A DNA stretch of 62,479 nucleotides, counting the filler, from Choristocarpus tenellus KU-1152 (lineage: Eukaryota > Protista > Phaeophyceae), in assembly GCA_964200185.2 (NCBI GenBank). It is 12 parts of 12 records of this genome, joined end to end, with 100 filler letters (N's around TTAATTAATTAA, not from the genome) between each part and the next. Parts side by side here need not be neighbours in the genome. Positions count along the whole stretch, not along the records: positions 21,470 to 28,993 come from CAXNAD020006021.1; positions 29,094 to 35,194 come from CAXNAD020008933.1; positions 35,295 to 41,946 come from CAXNAD020007650.1; 9 more parts are not named here. One strand, written 5' to 3'. The position numbers and the translations under genes are program-made. Of this stretch, positions 25,464 to 39,324 are shown piece by piece. The notes under the pieces were generated by a model. That model ran no database searches, was not told the DNA's origin, and was given only the letters and a program-made list of their open reading frames with translations. How positions within the stretch are numbered: position 1 is the first letter of the stretch; each line of letters begins with the position of its first letter.

Positions 25464-26734
25464 ATGGTTATCTCAATGAATCTTCGGAGGCTGGGGACAT
25501 TCCAACGACGGTGGGGTGGTATACGCTTGGTCGCTAAGGGTGGTTCCCGGCGGTCAACGGCTGAGGTCACCGGGACTTTGAATTTGCATGTAGAGAACCA
25601 GGCGACAATGGATACACTTGTGAAGGAACTGAACTTACAGCTGGAACGGGTGGCTGCCGGAGGAGGAGTGGAGGCTACGAGACGGCACAGGTCGCGTAGT
25701 AAACTTCTAGTCAGGGAGAGGATTGAGTCATTGGTGGATCCTGGGACTCCCTTTCTAGAGTTATCGTCTTTGGCTGGACACGACCTGTACGGCAGTGATC
25801 AAGTACCAGCTGGGGGTCTCGTCACTGGCATAGGAAGGATCCAAGGGGTCGAATGTATGATAGTTGCAAACGATGCAACAGTCAAAGGAGGAACCTACTA
25901 CCCAATCACAGTGAAGAAACACCTAAGAGCACAGGTCTGTCTTGGTCATCTCTTGAACCGTTTTGTGTTCCACACTTGAATCTTGCGACACCATGAATAC
26001 GACGAAGCAAGCTATGGAGATCGCTAGGAGTATGGCGCATTCTATGCTCTCGATTCAAAGGACTTTTGATATGCATACTATAATTTGTTGTGATCCATTA
26101 CCATGCGCTACGGCCAAGGGCATCATACCGGGAAGAATTGACTCATCACTGGAACTAGTCCGCCGTGTATCTGGGAGTAGAAATTCCTAAGTTGTAATTT
26201 TGCCTTTGATCACGATTTTCCATTATTTTCCAAATTGTGGTCGTGTGTATGGTACTCATTTAAGAGTAGTATGGTTTTGAGATTTGGTTCAATTTGGACA
26301 TTCACTTCTGGCGGAAGCGATCACTCATGTGGCCACTACAAGTTGGCGTAAGACGCCGTTTTGCTATTGTACTATTGTGCACCCCCCTTACCATCGCGGA
26401 AAATATACAGTTGAAAGCGTGGTGTTGAAGCGTAAGGTTGACTCTCCTTCAACAACGTGAGAGGGGTCTTCGTGGGGTTCTTACCTGCATTCAGGTGGGG
26501 TAATGCGCAACAAAGGGGAAAACCGTCTTCTGGGCGTGCCATCAACCCCGCCAGTATTTTGAGGATCTTTGCCACTGCTGTTGCGCGCACAGGAAGTTGC
26601 TATGGAGAACCGCCTGCCTTGTATATATCTGGTGGACTCGGGTGGGGCCTTCCTCCCGAGACAAGCTGAGGTCTTCCCCGACAAGGACCACTTTGGTCGT
26701 ATCTTTTTCAACCAGGCTAACATGTCTGCCGCAG
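25464..26734 (+). CDS. MCCC2: 3-methylcrotonyl-CoA carboxylase beta subunit, first two exons (about 25464-25934 and 26593-26734)
   Basis: [51 protein letters not shown]|[48 protein letters not shown]. The Arg-rich N-terminus suits mitochondrial import. The start codon is uncertain (25464 or 25476). Confidence 0.92.
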
Positions 26735-29403
26735 GCAAGATGACTGCCTTCAGCAATGAATGGCCTATTGCGCCTGTTTGGATATGTCCAGAAATTCCGC
26801 ACTTTCTTGAAGCCTTGCTGCTCTGGGTTCCTGGATGCACAAGAAGTGTTGATTAAACCAGCCCTTAACCTTGCCGAATGTCTTTTTATTTTTCTCTCCA
26901 AATATATCGAGATGAGGTGTGGTGCATGAGTTTTTGCCCTCGTCATCATGAGACAAAGCTTCCATGTGACTACCCTCAATCTCCAATACTATAGCCAAAG
27001 AGAAGTACTTCCCTCCCCTGATGGAGACTTCACAAGACTATTCCGTATGTTACTTATGAACAGTGGAGACAAAGTTGCTTTACAGCTGAAACAATCCTTA
27101 TTTTATGGTGCAATATATGTGCGTTGCCCGGATTCCTGTTTAATAATAACAGTTTCTTCTGCGTTTTGATGATGTCCAATCTTTTACACTGTTGAATAGA
27201 ATTAAACTCAGATTACTGATCAACCTTTGGTCGACCTGACCTTTAGGAAGAGCATGTTGACAGTTTCATGCTGTCAAGAACTTTCTTCTACTGTAGGAAA
27301 TCCTTTTCAAACTTAGAGATTGAGTATCATCTATTTACTATATTATTATTATTATTACTATTATTATTTTCTTTTCATTTTAGGTATAGATAGGGTGTGA
27401 CTTTGATCAATCCAGTAGTCATTGGACAGGCGTGTGAGCAAGTTGTCAGTTTTTATTTTTTCCCTCTTTAATGTACACCTCACTTAGGGTTAGGGTAATG
27501 GTAAGGTTAAGTGTGCATAGGAAATGTTTTTTTAACTTTTTTTGTTTTGTTTTGGGTATCCAACTCAGCTCCTGCAATTTTTTTCCAAGGTCGTTTCCTG
27601 AAATTGAAATCTGAAAAAAAGACCTAGTAGATTTTTAAAGCTATTTTTTGTTTGTATTTGATAGGAATTGACATTTTGGCCTACTGCGATTCTGTTGTGC
27701 AGTGGTGAACACCCCTCCTCCCCCCTCACCTAGAAATGGCTCATTTTTTGCACTAATAATAATCAGTGCACTTTCTTCCAGCATATCTCCTTAGAGTTTG
27801 GTGTTTTGAAAGCAAGCCAATCATATCGGGTTGTAGTCCCTCGAGGTTAGTTGACTTTTTTTCTTAGTGTGTAGTCTTGCTTTCCCTTTCTGCCCAATAA
27901 CAACCACTATTTATTAAAAAGAAAGATAGTCCATGGTCACTGCAGGAGCTATATCTTTCCCCTTTGTGTGACAACAATCCCTCATATTTTATTAATCAAG
28001 GGATACTCAGGGTGCATGTCACCGGCTAAAGGAAAAGCGGTCCCATTGTGATTATTTTATTTTATATCATATGTGGATAGTGAAAAAAAGAAAAGAAAAT
28101 ATCTGATGAGTGTCCTACATGGCTTTGTTCAAGTAGCGCTGTTGTTGTCAAACTCGATGTTACTAATAAAAAAAATGGTCAATGGATTTTGTAGTACGTA
28201 CTGTTTGCGTGGTAAGTAAACACGCCAGTTGAAGAAGTAAGGTTGCATTTTTTTTTATACACTTAATTTAAAAAAAAATTTATTTTATGTATGTATTTTA
28301 ATAATATAGTATGTATATTTTTAGAAACTATTAAAAAAATATTTTTGATATAATTTTTTTTAATAAACTTGTTATACTTATTTTTACAACTTTATAAATT
28401 AGTTTTTGTATCTTCGTTTATAACCTTTTTTTGCAACCTTTTTTTTATTAACCTCTTTTAGTAACACTCTTTTTTATAAAACTTTTTTTATTGACAACGA
28501 AAAAAATATACGTGTAAAATTTTTGTAGGGTTCTCGGAGTTCGGAGGGAAAAATAAAAGGAAAATTATAATGCTATTGCGAATTTTAGAAGGCGAATCAA
28601 CTACGGTATGACTATATCAAGATCAACCAACAACTCCAAACCGAAAATAAAGAGGCGATGTTTGATTGGTTACTTTCCCGTGCGTATGCGCTTTGCTCGA
28701 GGACCCCAGGAGACCCCCCGGTGCTCGATCACAGTCAGTGGAGACAATATAGGTGCGTTGATAACTACTTTCGAATGCGACATTTAAAAAAAAAACTTTA
28801 TTTCTTTTTCTCTTTTTTTTTTCTTTTTCTCTCGCCTGTGTGTGGTCCTTAGGGTTCTCGATTCTAATAAAAAGATAAGATAATACTTGATTTTATTTTG
28901 GAGATGTAAGAATGGATGACACCGGGAGAACGTGAGAGGGGTTCGAGGGGCGGGGGGGGGGGGGGGCAAGCAATACATGGCCCCCAAGTCCGGNNNNNNN
29001 NNNNNNNNNNNNNNNNNNNNNNNNNNNNNNNNNNNNNTTAATTAATTAANNNNNNNNNNNNNNNNNNNNNNNNNNNNNNNNNNNNNNNNNNNNCACTCTT
29101 ATCACCTTCCGCGGCGTTGCTATCGCCCCCCTCCCCCCCCACCCCCCCCAACCTCCATGGCCGTCAATCTCTCCTCCCCACCCACCCCCACGCCCATGGG
29201 TGCTGTCCAAACCCTCCTGCGGCAATCATATTGTTATGCACACATTATAGAGAATAAGGCACAAAAAGGCGTATCAGAAAGGACGCTTTTCAAATCTTGA
29301 TCAAGACACTTAGTACAAGACAGAAGAAAAAAATGCTGTCAAGAGTAGATTAGGTTTAATGTGGGTCAGGCTGGCAGGATCGCAAGAGGTTTTTCAAGTT
29401 CAC

Positions 29404-29637
29404 CTGAGCAGCTTGCCTCCAGCAGTTCTGCTGACCCCACGATGGAATAGATGCGGTTCTTGCATTATTCAACCACCCTCCCATTGGTCCAGATCCCCCC
29501 GCCATCTTCACTTGGGGACAAGAGCATGATCGTACTACTCGTCCACACTGTCGAGGCAAGGTGAACCCCAGTGTCTGACCCGCAAAAACAGCGCAAGCAA
29601 GACCAAAACAAAGGGGTCCACTACGCAGGTACCCCAT
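29404..29637 (-). CDS. First exon of a hypothetical protein with a probable signal peptide plus plastid transit peptide
   Basis: MGYLRSGPLCFGLACAVFAGQTLG|FTLPRQ...: a hydrophobic stretch, then Phe at the predicted cleavage site (ASAFAP-like). Donor CAG|GTGAAC at 29403. Confidence 0.5.
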
Positions 29638-30827
29638 TGTGTCACAAGGAGGTCACACACTGTGTCTCTGTGAAGGGTGGAGGGTACGAATGGGTAAATC
29701 CGAGCTATAATACCAATACTGCAGCACAAGCTATAGTTTGCTTTTGACGAAGGTAATGAGCCTATAGTTAGGCGGTCACAAATACCTCAACCATACTCTT
29801 GAATTACGGAATATGATGCATGCTAGGTTGCCTGCTTCTGAGCTGCTGCCAGTCCTGTGCACGGGGCATCCGCCAATCTCAATAGTAGAGGTCAAATGGG
29901 ATGGGACCATAGATACACTAGCTATGGCCAATGATTGCGCAATGGTGACTCCACTTCAAGCAGAGAAGAGTCATCGTAGTCTACCTAGCGAGGCGAAGCT
30001 GGTTGCGGATGTGCAGTGTACGCATCTATCCTACGCTACTACAAATGAAGTCGATCGCAAAACCTTATCACAGCCCTAGAGCCACTAGGTCTTCAACAAT
30101 CGTCACTATTAAGCCCATTTTCTCAATGTAGGGGTAGGATGGGTTACTCGTCATGTTCTGAAGTCCACATCCATTTCTGAAGCAGGATGCTAATGAACGC
30201 AAGAAGATTACAATCTTCCTACTCAAGCTGGGTCGGATAGCACATCTTCGTTGCGTCACTCTCTCGCACCTTCATCTCCAATATCACCTCAATTTTTCAC
30301 AATCTCTTGTCAATGCAGACCCCCCCTCTCTCATCTCCAAACCCTGAATGTTCACATACTGCACTACCCTTGCAATGGATAAATTCCTCCAGCAAAGGTT
30401 CCTTCAGCGCACGTCTCTCACCTCGCAAATTATTCTCCTCTAACAACCACGGAAGCTATTCGCAGTGACACCCTCCTCAATCCCTAGCTACTTCAATCCA
30501 CTGTCAACCAGCCTCACTTGATTGAGCCTTGGTGATCCTTCAAAAAGGAACAAGTTGAGGATTTGACGATCTAGGGTTAGGGATTGTCCTCCACAAATTT
30601 GAATTTGGTAACATCACCATAGTGATTGTCCGTCATGTTTCCAGTGTGTTCGCTGAAGCCTTCTGGGGAGAAGGAGACCGAGAAAGATAGACGACGAGAG
30701 TAGAGTTTCAATACTTTCCTTTTTTATTGGGCTATCCGTAGAAGATCGCAGCAAAGCAGTACATAAAGGCAAGGACAGGGGACTGCTACTAGTTCTGTTA
30801 ACCATCGGATATATATCACATAGTGCC

Positions 30828-32170
30828 ATGGTGTCTCTTAAGGACGAAAGGTCTCGCGTTTTTTTCGATAGGGCTGCTCGAAAGGTGGCCGAGGTATCAG
30901 CCGAAATGGCTTTGGAGCGAAGGGGGAGAAGCGGCAAAGGTGGTACATCTTGTGGCGCGGTGGTTCATCCAGGGTCACGACTCGATCCCCATCTAGGGAA
31001 GAGGCCAAGGTGCAGTTGACTTCTCCTTTGGATGCTACCTTTATCCTTTGGGGTCGTTGAAGATCGTCATGGAATAACCCCATGATAGGTTGCTGCAGTG
31101 TCAGCTACCTGCTGGAATCGCCCCTTCCTCGTATTTCCTCTCAGTAGAAGCTGTAAGAACAGAGAGCCAATCTTAAGTATTTCTAATGGCATTTAGGCGA
31201 ATATTTCGAAGGTCTACCTTGTCCTAGGCATAGAACATGACATTTGCCTCATAATTGTAATCGTTCATAATCTGAACTCTCGTAGAAATGTTGACAACAA
31301 TACATCATCGCGTTCATTGATGTTCGTTGGATACTTGCCACAGGCCCTGGTCTTCACCGAGAGAGCCTCCAGCTGCTCCTCCTCTCCCCCCACAGCTGGC
31401 GCAAGCTGAGCAAGAAAATCCGCCTTGTTTTGAGATCGATGGGGACTCGACGACCAAGGATACATGCTCAAGAGCTTCCAATTTGGCGGTTGTAAAGCCT
31501 ATACACAACCCCACTTGTCCACAACTGCAGTCACCAGTTGCCGCTGATCATCGTCGAGATCAACCAGAAAAGCTGAGCCTGGAAGAGGAAGTGGGAAAGG
31601 TGCATGTAAACACTGGAACAGGGAAAAGTTTGGTTTCAAGGTTGGAAGTAGAAACAGCAAGAGCAAGAGGTACTGAACCAAGGGCGTCGATAAATTCATC
31701 AGTCAAGAAAACCACAGAGCTGCAGCCGTTTCAGTCATCAGTGGATCAATTGAAGCCTTCCTCCATCATATCACAACAACATGATGCATCAGGAGCAGTT
31801 TTCTCGCAGCAACAGGAATTTCTGCATCCCCTGTGTCCGAAGCGGGAAGAGCCAGGGTTTGGAACCGAAAGTTGTGGAGATTCCGTCGTGTGTTCTACCT
31901 CAGGAAACGCTATAACCAGAGATACGGGAGATATTGAGACGAGTCCTTCGGTAACACCAAGTCGGGCAAGTGGGGGCTTCACACAACCCACGCAGTCCGA
32001 GAAGCATTGCGAACGTTTTCAGGGGCATCAACCCAGCATGGTGGGTATGGAATATGTTGTTCTTGGTCTTGCAGGCCTTGGAGGGGAGAGACTTTTGCTC
32101 CTTCCCAAGCAAGGGGACAATAACATAAATGGAAAGAGAAGTCGAGGTTGTGAGGAATTAGAGGAGTCAG
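30828..32170 (+). CDS. Hypothetical protein, exons 30828-31009 and 31344-32170
   Basis: ATG-led ORF with donor AG|GTGCAG and acceptor CACAG|G in matching phase, joining the 321-aa ORF; donor CAG|GTGAGC at 32171. Divergent from the gene starting at 29637. Confidence 0.55.
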
Positions 32171-33554
32171 GTGAGCTTGATTGTGTCGCTCCCTTTGGCA
32201 TCGCTGGTGTGTTGTGCTCAAGCAGGTCTATTGCATTGTGTTCAGGTTGTCGATGTATCTCAAATATAGCCAGTGCCGTGTTAGCTGTGTGAGTAGGTGT
32301 GAGTGTGTGTGAGTATTTTTTAACCTTTTTTTTTCTTTTCTAATGGAGTTTGTGTCCTTTCTGCTCACTTAGAAAGTACTCATGCGTGCTATTACATTTC
32401 CAACCCTACCTTATCCTGCATGTTGACATACAAGACAACAAAACCAGCCTCATCCCATAACCAACCCTAACTCTAACCTTAACACCTTAATAGAAGAGTT
32501 TTTGTATTTCCCAAGCATTTTCTTTGTTTTTGAAATCCCAACTCTATGCACTCCAAGAGGCAATTATGGCTGTTGCTAGAAGGCAAGCTGTGGATGGTTG
32601 AAACTATTGTCATGCACTTGTGTACAATAAATTCTGATGCACATTACATGAACACACTGTGGGATACACCACCCCTGCATTAAAAAAAAATGCAAGTTCA
32701 ACACCAACGCCCGATGTGTGTAAGGAAATCATGCACAAGAAGATGCAAAATCTGTAGGTAGAGTTGGGATTAGGATTAGGGTTGGGGTTGGGTTTTGGGC
32801 TAGGGCAAGAATATGGGAAAGTAGCTAAATGAAACCTTAACCCTACAATACCATGAACTACTGTGTTCCACTTTACTATACCAATGAAACAGATGCGTTA
32901 GGAACGGGGGGGTTGGATTTAATTTTTACTATATTATCTGCAGTAGTCCACCCGATCATCTCTACGAAACCCTAACCTTAAAATAAAAGCCAGGACCTGA
33001 ATCTGAGGTTCAAAAGTTCGAACTGTGATGTGTGAACTCTGAAAAGGTGAATTAGTCCGGAGTGTTATTATTTATTTTTATCATTCAAGAGATAAATCAA
33101 AGCTAGAGATGGTCGGGTCACACATGGGAGTTGATATCTGTCCACAAATACTTGCCATCAAGTGTCAATAACATGCAACAAATATTGGGGTTAGGGTTAG
33201 GGTTATGGCTCTGTTTTCTCTTTTTTTGACCAGTTGTGGGGAAGCCTACAATTTCTTAAACAAAACGCTACTACTAAACCTTGATGCATAACAAGAATAC
33301 AATCAAGATATTTTGATTCTACATATGTTACTGCCCATGTAAACCCTGTGATACCCCAATCCGATCTTTCGAGAAGCCCTAGCCCTAGCTCTTCATTTTT
33401 GTAAGCACTGTGTATCTTTGTCTACAGTATTGCACTAATATTTGCGACCCTGCCATGGAACTGATGAGCAAATACAATGTGATCCTCTGGGCAATATTGT
33501 ACCAACCTGCACTGTACAACCACACTACATTCATACTATAATAATAGTAATAGT

Positions 33555-33740
33555 GAAGACAAGATTAAGAATAGTTACAAGAACAAGAATAATAAGAATA
33601 AGTAAAAGACAAGATTAAGAATAGTTACAAAACAAGACTTGTAAGAATAAGTAAAAGACAAGATTAAAAATAGTCACAAGAACAAGAATGATAAGAATAG
33701 TAATACTGTGAACAAAAAGTGATAGTAAGAACAATAAGCA
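33555..33740. repeat. A-rich minisatellite, about 50-bp unit, 3-4 decaying copies
   Basis: AAGACAAGATTAAGAATAGTTACAAGAACAAGA recurs three times. Confidence 0.8.
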
Positions 33741-35294
33741 AAGACGTCTAGAGCGCCGATGAAGAACTTGATCGCCGAGTGAGGAGTATTATGTATGGAG
33801 TTCAATGTGCCTTCAACTAACCCTAACCCTAACAAACTCTTGATAACACCGCCTTGGTGTCGACTTGAAAGTGCTACAAGCGTTTCAAACCGTCTTGAAG
33901 CAGGAGCTGAAAATACCTCGACTTTTGCACAGTCAACAATGTGCTTGATCTTGAATTGAAGCACAACCCCCCCCCCCCCCTCCCCTTGAATCAGAAGTTT
34001 GTTTTTATTTAAAAACGTGAGCATCCTGGACGATGCTCTTGTAGTGCCTCGGTTTGAGTAGCACACTCCAAGGGATCTAGAACCAAGGATTTAAAAAAAG
34101 TGCTTTAAAAATGAATAAATAATATATATATATATATATGTATGTATATTTCAGCACAATTCAAGGGACCCTGAACGACAATTTTTGGTACTTTTTTTAT
34201 TTTGACAATTCTGGCTGAAGTGACACAGTTCAAACCAACTGGGATTTGCAAGTTCATATTCCAAGTATACCATCCTGAATTTTATATAAATAATCAATTT
34301 AAGGGCGATGCACTTGTAAGAACGCCTTCTGATATGCTTGCTCTCAATGGTCGTACAACCAACTTGATGCAATTTTTTTAATTTTTTTTTATATTGAGCG
34401 CCTTGAAAGGGCACAACTTTTGAGGTACGGTTTGCTATTTTAGTTGCAGTCAGACTCTTTGAATGCTATCCCTACCCCCAACCTCAACCTCAACCTCAAC
34501 CCCAACTCTGCGGTAGACTGGAGTATCTCGCCATCATGCTTGAGATCAACAAGAGCCTGGCGAAGAGCTCGTTAGTGAAGAGTGATTTCAGTCAACAAGA
34601 GCACTGTCACTACCTCAAAGTGATTTCAGTGGTAGCTTCCTTACCTCAAAAGCCTAACCCTAACCCTGACTCAGTAAGTAGTAGTAATAGGGTAGTAACT
34701 TGGGCTAGTCAAAAATGTCAGTTTCAAATTTATATCCTTTGGTAACTCTAACACCAATCCTGACCCTAACCCTGGTCTTAACCTCAAGGTACTCAGCAAT
34801 CGATCAATCTAATACATATATTCACACTTACAGTACTTGTGCACTTCAAAATGGCTGCATTCGATGTTATAAAAGTTAATATTAAATTAATAATGCTAGT
34901 GTTATTGATGATGATAACAATAATAACACATCATTGGTTTAATCTTAGTGTTATTGTATCTTCCGACAGGAACAGTCTAACTAAATACTCTCAAGTTCTG
35001 GACTACAAGTATAGCATATATGTATCACATATTTCATGTATTGTTACATGTGCTAAGGTTAGGGTATAGCAGTGTGTATTTGTTCAGTGACACATGCACC
35101 AGGGGAGGTGAAGGGGTGAAGGGGACAGTACATCACCTCCCATTCCGTCAATAGCAAAAAAAAAAGCCAACTCAGTAATACAAGGTCCCCCCCCNNNNNN
35201 NNNNNNNNNNNNNNNNNNNNNNNNNNNNNNNNNNNNNNTTAATTAATTAANNNNNNNNNNNNNNNNNNNNNNNNNNNNNNNNNNNNNNNNNNNN

Positions 35295-35396
35295 ACACAA
35301 CCACAAAACCCACACACACAAAACTACAAAAAATCGCCCCACCCGGCAAGGCCCCCCCCCCCCCCCCCCCCCCCCCCCGCCCAGATACTTTGAGCC
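35295..35396. mobile_element. MITE end with the shared TIR but a different interior (possible fourth family)
   Basis: Poly-C then CCCAGATACTTTGAGCC; no CCAAATGGAC box is visible. Confidence 0.7.
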
Positions 35397-38117
35397 AGAA
35401 GGCAGCGAAAGCAGAGCAGGATACTTGGAACACATTCTTTCCTCATTGGTCTCTTTTCTTGGGTTGATTCTCTCGAGATTCATCATGCGGTGTGAAATCT
35501 ATGCAATTAGGGTTAGGGTTAGACTGGATCTGGCACTGCATCATTTCCTTTTCTGTGGCTGTTTCCTTCAACCTTGATGGCGACAACGAGTAAAAGTAAA
35601 CGAAAGGAGCCCAGAGGTGCACTTTAAGGATGCTGACAAATAGGTGTAAAGTTTGTCTATTTCTACTTAAGCGGACAGGATATTTTCTGAATTGTGTCGA
35701 AATATTTCAAACAACAGATAAATCAATGTCCTCAAGTCAAAGTTAGTACTTTATCCATGGAAAATATGTGTGGATTGCAAAAGATTAAAAAAACTGGCTT
35801 CAAATTTCAAACAGTCAAAACCTGGGTACCTCTCGTTGACTTTAGCTTATTGACAACACAGACGACATTCTGCCCCAAATTCTGGTGGTCGTAAGTAATG
35901 CCTCAACATTTTTGTTTGGCTATTCTTCTTAACGGCATGGAGTTTTCTCCCTCCTTTTCCCCCTTCAATTCTTGATTCTGTACTATTACACTACATACTC
36001 TTTTGAAGTATTGAGTTACGGCTTCTCAATTCGTGTGTAAGGTGCAAGGGAGATGAGTTTTTCAACCAATGACCGCCTTTAGGCCACAGGTTTGAACCCC
36101 TTGAACAAATGTGAATAATAGTAGTAAAACACTATTTTGTCTTGTACGTCTGCTCAACATTTCAAGTCTTGAGCGTTCTGCATACGGAACAATTTTCTCA
36201 CTGTTCTATGGTATTGTACTACTGGCTCTATGGTAATATACGTAAGTTCACTTTTTCATGGGGCAGTGGTTCACACCGGCTGCTCAAGCTGCAAGGTGGT
36301 CATGTGCTGTACACACTCATAACAGAGAGTTGAGAAAGAGGAGGAGGGCCTCGATATCGTTGGTTGCAAGGTGCTTAACCCCAGGGATCATAGAATAAAG
36401 GAAGGGTACGCAATCCACAACACCAATGGTGCTCCCGTTGACTCTTTCACCATCTCTTTTGCATCAAGGCCAAAACAATCATGCCACACATGCTAAATTC
36501 TAATGCCTCTTGCCTCTTCCTGGTATGTGCATATGCTGCGTGAGGGCCAGTCACTCCATGGGGTGTCTACATATTTCACCACCATCACCCTACCACTTAC
36601 TTCCCAGCCATTGATTCCCAATTTCCAAAAACAAAACAAACAGCTCAATGATGTATCCCAGGAACAAAGTTTGTACACAGTAAAGGCAGAATAGAGTCCA
36701 CTTAACTTTTGCTTATATAAAATCACCAACGATATTGAAGGAATCAAAAGCATAATGTATCCCCCCAAATCAATGTCACTCAAGAGCATTGACAATTCAG
36801 TGGGGAGTTAAATAAATTCTACCTCAAGTGTGGCTGATTCAAAATAGGTATGGGCATATCACAATTATTTATTATCTTGATATCTGAATGTTCTCATCAA
36901 GTTATGGAGGTCCAAGGAAGCTGTGACGGTGGCTACATAGCTCAAAGGTCGAAGATGTATTTTTGAGTTAATCCGCTTCCTTCCATTGACTATTTAGTTG
37001 GGTTTGACCTAACTTGATTGATTACAGATAACTTCAGCAAAACAAAATCCATCTCTGACCTAAAGAATTTGAGGGAAAAATATACACAGAAGAAAAAATT
37101 ACTACGGATATCATCGGCTTTTGCCCTTGCACTCAGAAGTGCTCTGCAACATTGAAAAATAATGTAAAACTTGACTGTAAGCTCGAAACTTTTTGCCTGA
37201 ATTGTTGAATTTCTGATGTGACCTCATTAACATCAGGGAAAACCAAAATGGTCTAAGAGCAACAGATGTCATGAAACGTCACTGCATTGCTATTTTATGT
37301 GGCAAGGGGAGGCGATACTCTGTACTACCCAGAGATCCTGCTAACGGCGAAAGAGAAAATTATAGTAATAAAAAATAAAGGGGGCAGTTGACACTGAGCA
37401 TCTCTGTGCACACTTGCTTGCCATATGGAGACAGGGTTTATGAACTATAAACCAGGTTATGATCTACTGGAAAAACGAATGCCAAACATCTAAGTCTCAG
37501 ACGAGACAGTTTTTCAACACCAGTGACAACGATGAAACAACAATGGCGATGCCCAAGTATTGATAAGTAGCACAGGAGACAGGATTGCTTGAGTATGCAT
37601 TGCCTCAAGGTTCTCCTAAGCCATAGTATAGCAGTGCTTACGCCAACTACACTGCACTTCTCTGTTGGAGATCATCCAATAAGAAAAGCGCAAAGTATTC
37701 CAATACACTCCCATAACTTGACCTGCTCTCACCCCTGACTCATTACACTGAAATATCCAATAAATTCACAGTAGTGTTGTGTGATGATTACTTACACGGG
37801 CACTGCGAAGTGATCACAACATCAAGATTGCTAAATTAACAGACAGGCACTTTCAAGGTTTGAAGCCTCACTTGTGTCCAACACTTGTTCTATCATGTAG
37901 GGTTCGGCCAAATCAGGTCCTTCAAAATATGTCACGTACCTGTAAAATCCAACGATTGCTCCCCCTTCACAGGTCCTTCACGCATGCCTTGTTTGCAACC
38001 GTATCAAAACAGCCCCTCTCCTCCTCCTTGGCTCCCCTATCACTAATAACAGATGATCTAACACCCCGCCGCATTTGCTCCCATCTCTACTAAAAAAGCA
38101 GTAGATAAGGTTTTCAA

Positions 38118-39324
38118 TCAACTACTTGATGAGGGTGCTTGTCCCTCTCTCTGCAACGCATCAATGCCTAGTTCTGTCCACTTGTTCTCCTCCTTCTCCA
38201 TGGCGTCCATAGACTCTCCCAAGTCTACCTCCCCGTCATCCATAGCCAGATCGTGGCCCTCTGGAAGGCCCACCTCTAGGATTTGCCACCCAAGAGCATA
38301 CATGTAATGGAATTTTGGGCAAATGGGGAAGGACATAGTTGTGTCCAGGGGCCACTATGATCGCTGAAATTAGAACGACAACGAAGCATCTCCAGTATAG
38401 TTAAACAAACGTTCCTAAGAAGAGCTCTATGAAAAGCCACAAAAGACTGCTACTAGGTTGAGATGAGGTCCAAGGACAAGAGGTCCTACATTGCTGACTT
38501 GTATTATTCACATTCAACATACCCCGAGCACAGGTCTTCCTACATCAGTTTACATTGAGGTCGTATCAAGTGAAACACTCATTAAAAGCGATTAATGGAG
38601 ATATCACCTTTACCTCTAAGAAGACTGCTGCTCAATGGAGAGGGCATCCTAAGAAAAATATCTTACCCTACCAACCTGTACCATTCAAATTATAAAAAAA
38701 TTCCCACCGTAGTTCTTTCCACGTTGACATATCTGGTAGTTAAATCCAATGAGGCAAACATTGCACTTAATTAGTGCATAAATCGTCTTTTAATGGAGGT
38801 GAGAGTGTGGAAAAAATATTACCTTACTTGGGGTAATAGCCCTTGTGTGATGTTCTATAGGCCTAGTCAGCAAAAACAAGGGACTGCTATTTCGCATGAG
38901 CCAGTGTCTTTGCCAGGAAAGGGGATGAGTTAATGGATCGAAAAGCGGGTAGCATCTTTTGACTATCCAAGGCTTAGTGGAATGTTGATGTAAAATTATC
39001 CTTTCTCAAGTGATCGGCCAACAAACGTCCTCTCACCATCATCCGAGAGCGTGTCTGTTAGCCAGTCATCCTCCATGCAGCTAATGACAAAACCTCGGTA
39101 ACATGACATTACCCCAAAATCGACACGCTTGACGGAACCGTAATCGCTGTCCTGCGGATTGGAAATGGCGTGTGCACCAGTAGTAGTGGAGTTTGGTGTC
39201 AACATTTTCATCAAGTAAGCTGTTGAGAATAGCCGAGGCAGCGGTATTATGAATTATGTACAACCCTAATACAATTGCGCTTGCCCCAACTGCAAGTCAG
39301 GAATCAAGGATTACTTACCGACAT
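38118..39324 (-). CDS. APC13: Anaphase-promoting complex subunit 13, complete: exons 39324-39319, 39151-39037, 38275-38118 (92 aa)
   Basis: MS|DSDYGS...CMEDDWLTDTLSDD|EVGLPEG...MEKEENKWTELGIDAL...*. The DD-x-W-x2-D-x-L-like and E-x-KW-x-(D/E)L motifs of Apc13 are present, and the GT-AG junctions are in phase. Confidence 0.82.

Noticed and set aside
28240-28520. Very AT-rich tract as organellar or foreign DNA
   Set aside because: Low complexity, with no gene or RNA signature.
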